This document shows, piece after piece, positions 24,905 through 39,371 of a stretch of 64,000 bases of DNA. The notes below the pieces were generated by a model, which saw only the letters and a program-made list of their open reading frames with translations, searched no databases and was not told the DNA's origin. The position numbers and the translations under genes were made by a program. Source of the stretch: Trichoplax sp. H2 (Eukaryota); NCBI GenBank assembly GCA_003344405.1, contig NOWV01000013.1, forward strand, positions 930,001-994,000, in the 5' to 3' direction. Within the stretch, counting starts at the first letter, position 1. Each line of letters starts with the position of its first letter.

Positions 24905-27087
24905 AGCTTCGGAAACCCGGACCAATCTCCAACTACTGCATTCACCTTTTCAACCCGAGAATTTTCCAACTCTGTTCAAAATATTGAATACGGCTTTTTT
25001 GTAAGATTTTAGAATTCTATTTATACTTCAGATGATTTCGTAATCAAATATTTAGCTATAATACAGCCCTTTAGGTACGATATGTTTGGAGTTGAACAAA
25101 ATGGTAACGTAAACATCGTGAAAAGGTTGAAATTTATGTAAATCCTACAACTCGCTAATGATATTGAACAATACGAAGACGTCATTATTCAGAGCTTTAA
25201 ATAATAGTAATATAAATGATATAACAGTAATATTGCGATCCAAGTATTTGAAAGTACTGTCTTAGGTGCAGTATCGTAATTTCAATATTGGAGGTACATT
25301 CAAAACATCCTACTAAGCATAGTAAAACTTAAATTAGAGTCGATAATATTTCCTGGGATACGAAAAGAAAGTGATTAATAATTTATAAATAATATTCTAA
25401 GAAAAGTAAAATTGAAATCGTTCTGCTAATATTATAGTAAAAAATTTCAACTATCGTTCTGTCAATAAAATTAAAATTTGAAACTGTCCAACCGACAATA
25501 TTGCAAAACCTCAACAATTCTAGTTTGATAATAAATACGTTATAGTATTTCGATACGAAATAAAGGAGTAAGCATTAATTACGTTAGTTAGAGAACCTCT
25601 CTGAGCCTCGATTGCTAACACCAGATGCCAAGATCAGATATCGGATCTTGATATATAATCCATTTTTTTGAAATTCATTAATTTGAATCATGGGACGATG
25701 TCAAAATATAAATGATCTATTGAAGGTTATTCACTATTTTGGTCCAATATTTTGCTATAATTTATTATCGGATCAGTATTTTAGTAGTTAAATATAATGC
25801 ATAATACATGTCACAACTTTGAAGGAAAGGTGGATCGGTAACTTGAAAATATAACACATAAAAAGTAACAAACAGATGGTCTCATTTGAATCTACGGTAT
25901 GGCAGCTATAACTATCACTATAGTATGAAAGTTGCAGTAGTGAAATTGAAATAGATCTTAGAACTTAAAAATTGATTAAATGATATATGAGCCGTTTGTC
26001 ACTTGACTGCAACTTGTAAAGAGACATTAGCATTATTACATTCAAGTATATATAATATACAAAGTATGGATTAACATCGATATTCTGTAAGGAATTTATC
26101 TAATTTGAAATTATAATTGCGATTCATCAATTTTACAATATTTTTGGAACGCATTGAAACTTTCATCTGTGCAATGAACAACTAATTATGAACTCCATTT
26201 GAACTAACAGTCGTTACATTACAAGCCTTTACAGAACTAAGAGTCATATCCTATTGCAAGTACCATTCACAGCGCAAACGAATGCCTTTAAAACTTTTAT
26301 GGTACCAATATGTTGCAATAATATCATATATAGAAGTAATATTTTACTAAGTGAGCAAGCAAGTTTATCATAGGCTCTATAATGTAAGGCTACAACGAGA
26401 CGCGTGTGTCCAGGTCTCTTTAGTAGTCCATGCCACTATATATCTTACTACCTGGTGCAAATATAGAACTACAACATTGTTTTTTATTTACAAGTGCGAC
26501 ACCGTTGCTAAAGCTGTTGTTAATATTCATGGGATTCAGTCACTTATCTTTATTTTATCCAATTAGTTGTATTAGTTACATAATTGATAATTAATCATCC
26601 ATAGTAAGCTAACTAGCGCTCAGCTACCAGCTAGTATACCAGCATTTGTAGTGATGATTACATAACTACCAATCTTTCCGCTTCGCTTATTAAAAGCAAT
26701 CAGTGGAGATGGATAATAAGACGGTGCATGTTTTATAGTGTTAGTAAAAGGTATCTACCAGATATAGTTGTCCAGGGCAGTAATGAGAGTGATTCAAGGG
26801 CAAATTTTGTCCAATACTGAATCTCCTGCTACAATTATAGCATCTGTAGAAGTTACTATTATTAAATTACAACCCGTAATCTATTTCAATCATGGAGGGA
26901 GCTCAGGATGCTTTTTTATCCATAAATTATTGATCATAACTCAGTCTAGGAAGGCAGCAACCTCATTCAGTTATATAATCCAAATTGAAAGGAGTCAAAG
27001 GTCGATATTAGCGATGGCATAGTTACAAGTCATTAGCTGGAATAGCAATCCAAGTAGAAAGATTAATAAATGTACTTTAGATCTCAT
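24905..27087 (-). pseudogene. Possible decayed intronless gene for a secreted or single-pass membrane glycoprotein
   Basis: ATG at 27087 begins a signal-peptide-like stretch (MRSKVHLLIFLLGLLFQLMTCNYAIA) that stops after 30 codons. Downstream are Cys/Trp-containing, N-x-S/T-rich fragments broken by stops and frameshifts, then a hydrophobic stretch near 25200-25270. No family recognised. Confidence 0.3.
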
Positions 27088-28329
27088 AGATTATGAAAAT
27101 AATTAATAATGTTATCTATTGACACAAAGACTTAGAAATAGAGTTCAATTTATCACGTGTAAGCAAGACAAGGCAAAGATTGGTGAAATTTAATCACAGG
27201 TGCAAGGTCAACAATGGGCCTGTCATGATGTCAAGTTGTTTATTATTCATCATCGAAATGAAAAGTACAGAGAAACAAATGAACCCACGGACGTGCCTAT
27301 TTGGTGCACATTTTGTCATCTATATAAATAAAAGCGATAATAACAATACTTCCTTGTTCCATAATTGTATGGTGGAACTATGAAAGTGTAGTAGAAACGA
27401 GGTGGCGAATTACATTTGTGAAATATTGCAATTTACCCTTAACGCTTATTCCATCTTGGTGTCGAAAAGTATCGATAATAAGTTTAATTCGCCACGAACA
27501 AATCTTGGGAAACTTCTCCATATCTAAGACAGTAAGTGATCTATATCATTACTCGATTGAAAAACTCTTTCATGTGTATGTGTTACAAACTAAATTTGTT
27601 CATCATTTTAAAATTTTTGATATCCGCCTAATATTGATTGAGTCTTAACTGAACCCACAAAATTGTTTTTGCATGGCAAATAATATCAGGTCTTAAATTT
27701 ATAAATGATTTTCTTGCCGGCCATTTTAATTCTATACCTAGCAACTTACGTCGTCAAAGAGTTAATTGTATCGCTATTAACTATTTCACTAATTTAACCT
27801 GGGTACCCGTATGGGGTATTCGTCTAATTGTTGACCAATATCTAATGTTAATAGTTGAATATCTCATTTCGTCATTATACCCCATTATGATCCATCCAAT
27901 CTTGTGTTAAAGCAACCCAAATATTTTTTGTTAGAAAACAATTTTGCTTATTCCCAAGGGTCATTTTATTTTCATCTATTTTGCATACTGACCCAGTGTA
28001 AATTGATGCAAGGATGATCTTTGCAATCATAACAAATGATCTTGATCTTAAAGCTAGTAAGTCTAAGGGAAACATATGTAGTAACAATGAGTCTGAATCT
28101 TGTAGTGTAGCAATTTTAATGGTTCGGAAAGAGAATTCGCCTTTCGTTAAATTATTATATTAATCTTGGAAAAATGGCTATATAATATAATTTATAACAT
28201 ATACATATTAACATGAAGAGTGATATTAAATGTATCGTAATAGCTTAAATAGAGAGTAACAATTAATTTCAACTTTGTTACATAATAATCTTGATGATTC
28301 GATATTGTTATTTTACTTTAATTAAGTTT

Positions 28330-29800
28330 ACTACATAGAAATAGCCGAATTCCAATGATATTATTCAAAGGAACGCTATTAGCGTTAGTAAAGCCAAGAA
28401 TGATCGTATTGCTGATGAGTAGCAACTAGTATTAATTTAACATTGATGATTTGATAGAAGTATCTTGTTTTTTTTATCTATTTTAATAAATTAACTGGCT
28501 AAAAGCGAATCCCTATACAGATGTCGGCCAAGGAAGCGCTATGAGAGTTTGTAAAGCTAACAAGGAAGATTGTATTGACTGGCAAGTACATCGATCAGAT
28601 TTAGCCCAGACGATTCATTGCAATTATCCTACCTTTATTAATTTCACTACATTAACTGGCTAAAAGCGAACTCCTATATACTGTAGGCATTAACATAATA
28701 AGCATAATAAGCATTATTAGAGTAAATCAAGCCAAGAATGATTGTATAAAGTAGTAGCAACTAGATCCAAATTTTATTACAAGATAATATTTTCTACTTG
28801 ACATAACTGTTCTTAATTAATTTTACTCCTATACATCAACTCGTTGAAAAGATACTTTACAGATATAAGCAAAGGAAATGTCGTTCGAATTACCATGGTC
28901 AAGAAAGAGCGGGTTGAGTAGCAATTAGATCTAGCTCTTGTTCCGTAATAATATTGCTTGATGACTTTTGATAATTATATTATTCTTATTCTAAACCGCA
29001 TCATTTGGCTGAAAGTTGCTGTATAGATATGGGCAAAGGAGATTTTACTAGAGTTAGCAAAGTTAAGAATAATCATATTAAGTGGAAACTAGTTCTATGA
29101 TTAGTAATCTTAGTGATTAGTTATAACCAATTATCTCTTGCTTATTTTAAATTGTAATTAGCTAAAAGCTACTGAATCGAGCAAAGAAGACTTGTTTAGA
29201 GTAGCAATGTCAAGAATGATGATATTGAGTAATAAACAGAATCCATATTTAGTTATATGATAATCTTCATGATTATAATTCATAATCATTCTGGTATTAT
29301 TAGTTTTGGACTGCATTAACTGCTCAAAGCTATAGTATAAGTGTAAGCATAGGGGACTTTATTAGAGCTACTAAAGCCAAGAATGATCGTATAAAGTAGC
29401 AACCAAATCCAAATCTTATTCTACAATAATCTTCATGATTTACCTTATCATTTTACTCTTATTAATTTTGGATTACATTAATTGGCTCAGAATTACAGTA
29501 CACATACGAGCAAAGGAGACCGTAATAGACTAGCAGCTAGAGCCATATCTTATTTCTATAATAATCTTAATAATTTGTCGTAATCACTTTAATCATGATT
29601 CATTTTGAATCACACTAGCTGTCTAAAAGCTATGTTATAGATAGGAGCAAAAGAAGCGATATTAGTTATCCAAGTAGAGCCTAATCTTGTTCTAAATAAT
29701 CTTAATAATTTGAGATAATCATTTTCATGATGACTCATTTTGAATTACACGAACAGGCTAAAAGCTACATTATAGGTAGGAGCTAAAGAAACAATATTAG
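28330..29800. repeat. Degenerate tandem array, unit about 165 bp (shorter at the 3' end), about 9 copies
   Basis: Anchors AAGCCAAGAATGAT.GTAT, AGTAGCAACTAG and ATTAACTGGCTAAAAGC recur at about 165-bp spacing (28391, 28729, 28899, 29060, 29208, 29374). Confidence 0.82.
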
Positions 29801-31556
29801 CTATTGTGTATTATTAATCATAGACCGACACATTATATAACTTGCCTTCTCTACTTCGTTTGATCGTATTCATTTAAGAATTGTAATTAACCTTTAGTCT
29901 AAATAAATAGTGTACAAGCTGTACTATGTCATTTCAATAACAAGTTAGACAAGTGGACTCTAGGACCATTCTTATCTTAATCATCAAGGAACATGTGCAC
30001 AACTTTAGTTCAACAATCACGTTAAAAATAGAAGGAAATAATGCTCCATTAGGGCTACTTGAATCCTCTTCTGATTTAATCGTATAAAATTCCATGCATT
30101 TTATACCTAAACTTGTCCACTATCGTCTCATTCTATTTGAAATTAAGGCCTATTTCTTAACATAACCAGCTTGACACTATACTATTACTTGAGAATATTA
30201 TTCAGTCGTAAGTATTTATTTGTACATATTTTCATTCGGGTCAATTCGTTGTTTGAAAAGTAAGAGTTATTTTTTTGATTTGGTAATTGAATATTGATTG
30301 TCAGGGTTAATTTGATATAAAATGGACAATTCTAAACTGAGAAAATCTATCCTCCATGATCGACGATGATAGCCCTTTTCCTTATTGATCATTGCGCAAA
30401 TGATACAAAGATAACCGCGATAGTCATGCTATAAAGACTTTTTTATTTGAATTGATGACATCTTATTAAGTTCAATAAAATTTCTATTCTACTTTATTCG
30501 TAGACTGACTGATTATAACCAGTATAAAGGATGGATGATAATAAGCAATATTAAGCTAAAGAATTTTTTAATAATCAAGGATAAGAAAAGAGTTCCCAAG
30601 ATTGCATGTTATCTTCTTATTGTTATGATTTCCCTTCAGGCTAAATAAATTCATTTATTCTCCTATTCGAAATGGTAATTATCTTCAGCTGCACTCGAAT
30701 ATCTCTGTTCAAATAAATGATATCCCAATGTGAAATTTTTTCCATCATGTATGTCTTCCATAATATCGATTTCTGCTGTAGGATAGAGGGGGAAGGCAGT
30801 AATCGTAGACTAGTGAGGGATACGTGAAGTTGAAGAAATGTCACGAGGATCACGATTCAAAATCAGAGGGGGGAAAAAATAGACGGTATGTAATTAAATT
30901 AAACTTCTTACCTTATTCTATTCAACTTATACACTTGAAATAGTTCAATTCTCCCAACATGAGCTCATAAAAGTATTTGTCGACATAGACCTATATCATA
31001 TTGCCCGCAAGCAGGGAAATAATAAGTGGAGCGAACTATTCTATCAAAATAGCAAGACAATTTTTAATTTTTCGCCTTTGCTAGTGCTCCCTAAGCTCAT
31101 CATTTTTCTTCATCGAGATGAGACATTCAATAAAATGGCCATTTTTAATCTATCTATTGGCTTAATTCAATACTATACAGTCTACAAGAAACTTTTTGTC
31201 ATGCAATTCAATTAGAAGTTGCAAAATCTTTTGTCATTTTAGTTTGAGCTATTCTTTCTTTCAGCAATTGACAATTATTCAATTTGATGTTTTTCCAGTC
31301 AGTTAATAGATGACAGTCGAGTAAAAGTTGATTTTCTTTGCTTGGATGATCTATTGAAGGCGTAATCATACTTGCTGTGACTTGGAATAAATAGAATAAT
31401 TCTGTCTAGTCGTCTACGTTATCAATTAGAATCATATTACTAATACAATTACTCTTCTTGCTATGAATATAATAATTGATTTTTATTGATTTTGATTTAT
31501 TTCATCCACAGCATTAGCCTCTTCACATTCAAAGTCATTTATTACTTTACTTGACC

Positions 31557-34500
31557 ATGGATCAAACCGACTACCAACAGCTTCCTGAATCACCCAATGA
31601 CTATAGTAGTCCATTTCACAAAACAAGTAATAAAAATTCGGTTGTGAAATCATCTAATGGTTTAAGTAATGGAATATCTAATGGCCATTATCAAAACGGT
31701 ACGGTTAACCAAGGTGCTATGGAACTACAGAAAATAACCAGGCCAGAAAATGGCCATGATGAGGTTAGAAGCAGTCGATTGTAACCATCTTGATCGATGG
31801 TCGTCATTTTCCCTTTCTGTAGAGAAAGACTTTAGTTTCAAGACGAGCACTTAGCAAAAGTCCTTTCTATACTTAATGAATCTTGTAGACGAGTAGAATT
31901 ATTTCATCTTTAATAAATAAGCATTGCTGCTTAGAGAAATAAAATGACGTATAAAATTGCTTTCATTTAGGCTCAGAAACAGACTGATCGCTCTGCTTTA
32001 ATTGAGGTAAGGAAAATCATCCTTTCATAGATGATAGTTTGAAGACGATACTCTTGAATAATTCAAAGCCATCCCCTTGTATTAGAATGTAAGAATAATT
32101 TTACTACGATGATAATCTCATTTAGCCATCATTTTTTGCTCCAAGTTGAGATGATGGATGATAAAATCCAGATAGTGAATGATAATTCATTATAAAAGGC
32201 ACCCAATTTCATAAATTTACGGCAAATATCAGATTGCTCAGAGTTTGCTGCGCCCAGGCTGCAGGACATCAAAATTGAATTTGAAATAGTTACCCAATTA
32301 TTCGCTGATGGTTTATTAAATCATTTAGTCTTGGTCAAGATTTCTATTTAAGTTAATTGATGTTATACTAAATATTGATATTTTATGGTATCATTTAATC
32401 TTACCCAGGGTCCTATTTGAGTTCTATGACATCACATACTGGTATAGAATGATATAATTTAGCCTTTCTGAGAAGTCCTATTTGCCATATTGAAGATTGA
32501 TATTGAATGATATCATTTAGTCTTATTCAGGGCTATTATTAGAGTTCATTAATATAGTATAAAAATAATAGTGCTTAACGATATCAATTAGTCTTTCTTA
32601 GAGCTCTTATTTGAGTTTTTGAATAACAGCATAAAATAGAAAGCAAAGAATAAATACATCGATCAAAAAAGTTGACAGGACATACGATTATGGACAGCTT
32701 TCACGGCTTTATTACGGATGGTGAACGAACTGATTTTAGTCTTTATTTAGTTGATGACAGTAGTAACTGGACCGTAAAATAGACTAATGATTGATAGATG
32801 CTATAAAATCGATTTCAACTTTGCAGATGGTGTCAATGTCATTCAGAACTGAAGAATGAAATATAATATTTTATTTCCTTTCAGCCAGACATTTAACCCC
32901 TTATAGAATGGAATTGCAATCTAGAGTGTAGGGAATGATTCATTATTTTCGCTTGATCTCAAAGCTTCGTAGTCAATTTCCAAACTTTGTCGTTGATTCT
33001 ATGCAATCCGATTTCGATTTACTGTAATCTTTCATCCAAGTGATTTAAAATAAAATCGAAACAGTAACCACAAAATAGTGTAGAAACTCCCTAACATTGC
33101 TACGGATTGCATGAAGGCTTTCAAAATCCTAACATAAATCGTTTATGATACCATTTAAGTTTTCACATAAGGTCCTACTAGAGTTACTCGCTGCTTGTTA
33201 AGATAGTATGTGTGCTATACGATTAGCAGATTTATCTTCTTACAGATTTCATAAGGTAGATTAGAAATCGAATTTGTTCAGAATTTTATCATTGCTCTGA
33301 TTTGAGTTTACCTATATTCAATTTCATAACTCCATTCAATCTTTGGTTTGGAATTTATATTTGAGTTGTTGGATAATAAAGATCTGAATGGAGAGCAGCA
33401 AAGTACCATCATTATAAATGGATTACGTATCAAAAATCGATCATTCATCTAAGTATCGAATTTCTGCAAACTTTCGAGTGTTTCTTAGCAATTAAAGAAT
33501 GTAAACTTCCCAAAAGTAGCTCAGTTTCCTTCTATAAATGACTAACTTCTCCTAATATTGTACGGACATTGACGTAAAAATGAGTACCATGGCTGTGAAT
33601 TCTTAGAAAAGGCTGGGTTGTATTAGAATCCTAATTTGAGCTTCTACTCAAACTAATATTGTCGTCAATAGTAGATTTATTTGAGGAGGATGTAATCATT
33701 TTTCTACGACTTTTTCACCATTAGAGTGATGAAGGTGGAAATGGAGATCAAGTTAAAAGTGGAATTGCATTAAGTTCCTTTAACTTCATCAATTCTATCA
33801 TTGGAGCAGGAGCTTTAGGTAAAGTTATCATTGTCCATGTTAACCAGTAGCAACTTGAATCTATTGCTATTGGAAATTGTATCATTGTATTGATGTAAGC
33901 ATGAATAAAAATGAAAAGATATTCAGTTTGTTTCAGTTTTACTGTATTAAAAGCTGACTACTAGTATAGAGTGGTACTATGTTAATATTGAGTTTCCATT
34001 TTATCCTTTATTAGAAAGAGTAGATACTTCATAAGACTAAAAGCAACATCTTTGATTGAATAGGAATGCCTTATGCGATGAAACAAGCTGGGCTATTTCT
34101 AGGAATTTTATTGTTAACTATGATGGCTGTTATAACAGGTACAGTATAAATTAAAAAAAATTTTATAGGTACTTTCTTTCTCTTAATTGTCCTTATTATT
34201 CCATGCTGATTCTTGAATTATTACCTTGAGATATAATATTGATCGTTGGCATTGCCTGCCAGTTTATTAAATCATCAGGATTACTTGATGGTTTATTTTC
34301 TTTCTATTATCTCTTCTTCCAGACTTTTAGTCTAGTATCGTCTATTTCCATTATACATTCTATCGTAACTGATTTTCGAGTTTCTGACTGTTATAGATAG
34401 AAAGGCTAGCTATCCCCTTACCATCAAACAATAATATTTTGATAGTACTCAACCTAGTAATGTAAAATGGAACTGATAAAGTAAAATCTTTATGGATTTT

Positions 34501-37500
34501 ATACTAATTTAATAAGCGGTTTCCTGGCGACCTTGCCTATTTATATATACGTATATAAATATGAACGTAGTATATTAATTGCATGATTTATTGAGCGTAT
34601 ATCAAATATCATACCCAAATAGTTCTAGATACGAGTTGTTTGCTACTTCAATGCGATAATAGTTTTGATGATAGATTTATTTGTACCTATATTAAGCTAT
34701 TCATCATTTGTAAACTACCTAAATACATAAGTAGGGACTAAATAACTGTAATAGTTTCATTGATCTGCTTATGGATAAAGCATATTAATTACTGGATGGT
34801 TATAATCAACTACCGCATTGTTAGGAAAAAACCCGTTTTTAACTATTGGTTGCCTGATCTGTTCATGCCAAAATTGAGTGTAGGGCAATTATTATCTGCT
34901 GCAAAGCAAGATAGAGGTAGATGAATTCAATAATAGCCTTGATGATCCACCACATATATTTTAATTACTCAGTAATTATTAGCTACCCGCAATGCCAAAC
35001 AGAACCATTTACATCGTTAATAGTAACCTATTAGATATACTCAAGTACTGTATAAACTATGTGACCAGACTTTCATCGACCACCGTTATTAAAGCAGGAA
35101 CCCGTCACAATTTTAATAATGATTTAATTAAATTGCTCACGTATATATTAATCTACTTTTAAATTGCGGACGATTATATTATCTTAAAAGACAGGATGGA
35201 TGAAAATTGACCGGAATAGATGATAGATTTTGTTCTTTAGAGAAATAATAGGGGAAAATAAGAGTCTGTCAAGTTGATGACAGCTATTATGCAATAATCT
35301 ACAGATTTTAAAATTAGACATTAAGGAAACTCATTTAATTTGTCAATGATTGCACGTCTTATGTACGTCTTTATCTATTTTTACTATAATCATAACTAAT
35401 GTCAGCGAATAAATGACTATACGAGTATGTAGCACTGATATAATTACGTGGATATCTTATATACGAGCTGATGGAAACAAGAATTAGCACGAATTTTACT
35501 AAAGTTTTATATACAGAAAAAATTGCATTGCTGTAGTATCATCGTAGAATGTAATTTTCTTCATAGCTTATATATGATTCTTTCTAATACACAAAATTAA
35601 TGCAAGCTATAACCTATGAGGGTTATATGTATAATCATCTACGGCTTGGTAAAATAAAATATGCTTATGGACTTCTCTGGATCTTTTTGTAAACTGTGAT
35701 AATAATACCCATTTTTCTTTATTCCTCTTTTTAGATTTTACTGTTATACTATTAGTTGAAAGTGGTTCTATGGCTGGTCAAAGTTCCTATGTGGTAAAAT
35801 CACTTATTGTAAAACACAGCTATCAAAGCTTCTAAAAATCATTTATAGCATAACTCTCCATTGTATGCAGTACTATGCACAGTATACCATATCTGAACTG
35901 GCCAAATTTGAGAACAACAAATGAACCAATAAATGATCTAATTATATCAGTTTATCTATGTAATTTCTAGAAGAAGAAATAATTTAGATTTCTGTTGTTA
36001 AATACGAGAGTAAAATTATCTGATTATTTTATTCAGGGTTTAATGAAATCAACGTTTGGAAATATCGGTTATGGATTAGTCCTTTCATGTCAATTCATAT
36101 TTCCATTCTTAGGTAATTGCTTTCCCTATAAGAATTGCTCACTCTTTTAGTTTTTGCTATTAGCTGAGATTTGATTTCATCAAGATAACGTTCCTTAGCA
36201 GAATAGCAAATTACTTCGGTTTTCTAAAATTTTCGATATTTTATGGCTCTTATATAATACATAGCAATGAATGGGTATGCTGTTATTGTTGGTGATTCAC
36301 TGGTTAAATTTTTCCAGCTTGTTGGTAAGTATTACCTTCAGGATGTTTTTGTGCTTCTTTTACTGAATTATATTACTTTACCTGATGACCTTCGTTCTAT
36401 TACTGCGTCGTGAGAAATTGTATTTATCTCTAATGTTGCTGACATAAATTACTTTTATCAAACTTTACAGGTCTAATCCATATCATTTTACTTTTTCTAT
36501 GCATTTTAGGCGCCGAATCAACTATTTTAACCAATCGACAATTTGTTATTGGCATTTCCATTTTATTGATAATGACGCCATTATGCTTGCTGAAGAAAAT
36601 TTCAAAGCTGGGCATGGTATAGGCATCAATTATAAACGAATCCTTATCTAATTATAATTCAGTGTACAGTACATATACTGCTATATTATCAAACTTGGTT
36701 CTCTCTTTTTATTGTCAAACTGTGGATATCGTGATTGAAATTGAATCTTTCTACAACAGGCCTCGTTTTTTTCACTAATTTGTGTCGGTGCGGTTATTGT
36801 CACTGTTTTTATAAGATTAGCCACTCTTGGTCCTGATATGTAAGTGATTAAATGTAACCTACCGTCTTTTTACTTTGAATAGTTTAGTAACTATGATACA
36901 TTAAAATACTATAAGAGCAAATCTATGGCAGTATAAGTTCCTTTTAGACGTACCTAAAACATTTTTTTCCTTTTCTGTTCATTCCTGACAGACCACACAC
37001 CGAAGGAGCTTTCAATTTCGCTCACGAAAACGTACCTCAGGTAAATTGCTCATAGTGGGCTTGTCTGTTTACTTATTGCTAAGTTGAGATATTTATGATT
37101 TAATAAATTAGTCGATGACCTATTATAAGCTGTGGTACCAATAGAGATGCAATTTCGTTTCTTCTAATAATTCTTATCCTTATTGAACAGGCGATTGGTG
37201 TAATGGCTTTTGGTAAGGGTTTTGCATATTAAACGATTGAGATAAAATAGAATAATATAAATTGGGTTTTGTCTTGGCTATCCTTTCTATATGCTATAAC
37301 GGTAGTTCTCACAATTTCTGGTAGATAAATAAATTATGAATTACTCTAATGCTGTTTAAACTATATTTCATCCAAATTTTCCTTTTAATACAACCAAAAA
37401 TTACGCTATTGCTTCTAAATCGTGAAAAAGTTAATGCAATTACACTCTTAAAGTTTCCATCCAGTTTTTATATACTATCACGACACCTACTACTAATTCC

Positions 37501-39371
37501 TTGTAGATAAATATCATGAATCGCTCTAATGCTGCATGACACATCTAGTAGTCCATGGACTTTTCCTTTCGATGCAGCAGTCTTTCGCTATTTCATTTCG
37601 GGGAATCATAAATTCTCAACTAAACCCTATTCTCCATGGTTCTATCCAACTTTTATTTACTGTATCCCCTAATCCTTATTAGTTCTTCAAGACAAGTACT
37701 ATACGTTACTTTCGAATGAGAAAAACTTCGATTCAGTTGTTTTTCTAATTCCTATCATACTATTATGTGCTATCGCAGCAATGTCTGAAAGACAGCCGAT
37801 ATCGATCATTTCAGGATTACTCGTATACAAAATTTCGTCTATTCATTGCTCTATTCCATTTTCAGCTTTCGTGTGCCATCACAACACGTTCTTAATCTAT
37901 AATTCCTTAAAGACAAATACCATGGATCGCTTTATGACTGTAACGCATATTTCCGTTTCTCTATCGTGGATGTCGGTTATATTGCTATCCGTTGCTGGCT
38001 ATATGACATTTACGGGCCATACTCAAGGTAATCCATTTCATTCTATCGGTATATTAATGTCTCCATTAAACTATGAAGTTTTATATTGTTGACAAGGCTA
38101 AATATTAATGATATAAAGGTTAAGTCGGGATGCTAATTCAAGTCTTTTCTTTCTTATAACTTAATTTAACAGCGGATATTTTAGAGAATTATTGCAGTCA
38201 TGATTTCTTGGTGACCATTGCACGCTTATGTTATGGTATAACCATGATGTTAACTTATCCTATAGAATGCTTCGTATGTAGACAAGTAAGTAAGATAGAA
38301 CCAATACAAGCAAATAGCTAGCTGTTGAAGTTTATTGAAATGTCGTAGGTATAACTTTAAAATTATTTCCACGTAGATTATAGAACTTGTCTTTTTTGCT
38401 GGGCGAGAAGAATCAACCAGTCGTCATATCATTGTTACCTTGGCAATTATCGCTGCGACTTTACCCATTCCAATGGTTACTGACTGTCTTGGCACAGTTC
38501 TAGAACTAAATGTGAGAGATTATGTCTTATATAGGAAACGGCATTTTGTAGTTTATAGGATATTACCTGTCCATTCTCTATATCTAACGCATTGGTTGTA
38601 GGTCCTCGGACTTCATGTACTTATTTTTACTACCATTTTGATGACAATGAATGCGAATTCTCTCAATTTAACGAATATAATATCTATTTTAATTTTTTAT
38701 AGGGAAGCATAGCTGCAGTTCCATTAGGTTAGTTACCCATATCTAAACTTATTTGATAGTTGTCTCTAGCTTTAATTCAGAAAAATGCTATAATATGGTC
38801 AATTACTGGGAATGGTATAGCATTAACACCTAGGCAAGAAATAGCACTAGATAATATATTAACTAATAGTAAACTCATATGATAATTACACTGTTAGTAA
38901 GGTCAAGTTTAGATTTAAAATGTCATTTGAAATGATAAATTAACGAAAACGATACCCCAACCCTAATTAGGTGATAAATAGTATTTAAATATATTAGATC
39001 TAAGCGATTGTTTTACTTGGAAGTAGTGCTGATGATATCAGAAATTGGTTTGCTAAATGATAAATTAACCAAAAATGGCATGGCAGTCCAACATGAGCGG
39101 TAAACATACTAATAATATTTCTCTTTCATTATTCACCATTTTAGTTTTTATTTTTCCTTGTGCTTGCTATATAAAACTGGCTGAAGGATCAAATTATGCT
39201 CCTCGCAAAGTTATATCTGCAATCATCTTAGTGATTGGTATCGTAGTCTTAATCTTGGGTACTATCACTTCTATACTGGGAGCAAGAGAGTGTACTAATA
39301 CGCATAAACCACAGTTATCTTGGTGTAATGCCACAATTGATTTAAACACTACCAACAGCCTTTATTACTAA
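31557..39371 (+). CDS. SLC38A11: SLC38A11-like amino-acid transporter (AAAP/APC fold), paralogue A, 16 coding exons
   Basis: Exons start at about 31557, 31971, 33725, 34064, 35735, 36037, 36264, 36510, 36760, 36992, 37191, 37866, 38173, 38377, 38703 and 39145. Motifs: SSFNFINSIIGAG.LGMPYA.KQAG, QF.FPF.AM..Y...VGD, QAIGVMAFAFVCHHNTFLIYNSLK, GY.TFTG.TQ.DILENYC, MLTYPIECFVCR, DCLG.VLELNG, FIFP.ACY.KL. The luminal tail has a Cys pair and N-glycosylation sites, typical of SLC38A11. Confidence 0.95.
32310..32640. repeat. Degenerate tandem repeat, unit about 60 bp, intronic
   Basis: ATCATTTAGTCTT...AGGG.C.TATTTGAGTT recurs about 5 times. Confidence 0.65.

Noticed and set aside
26995-26997. In-frame TGA after a signal-peptide-like ORF as possible selenocysteine
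   Set aside because: A TAA follows eight codons later, and no SECIS or selenoprotein motif is evident.
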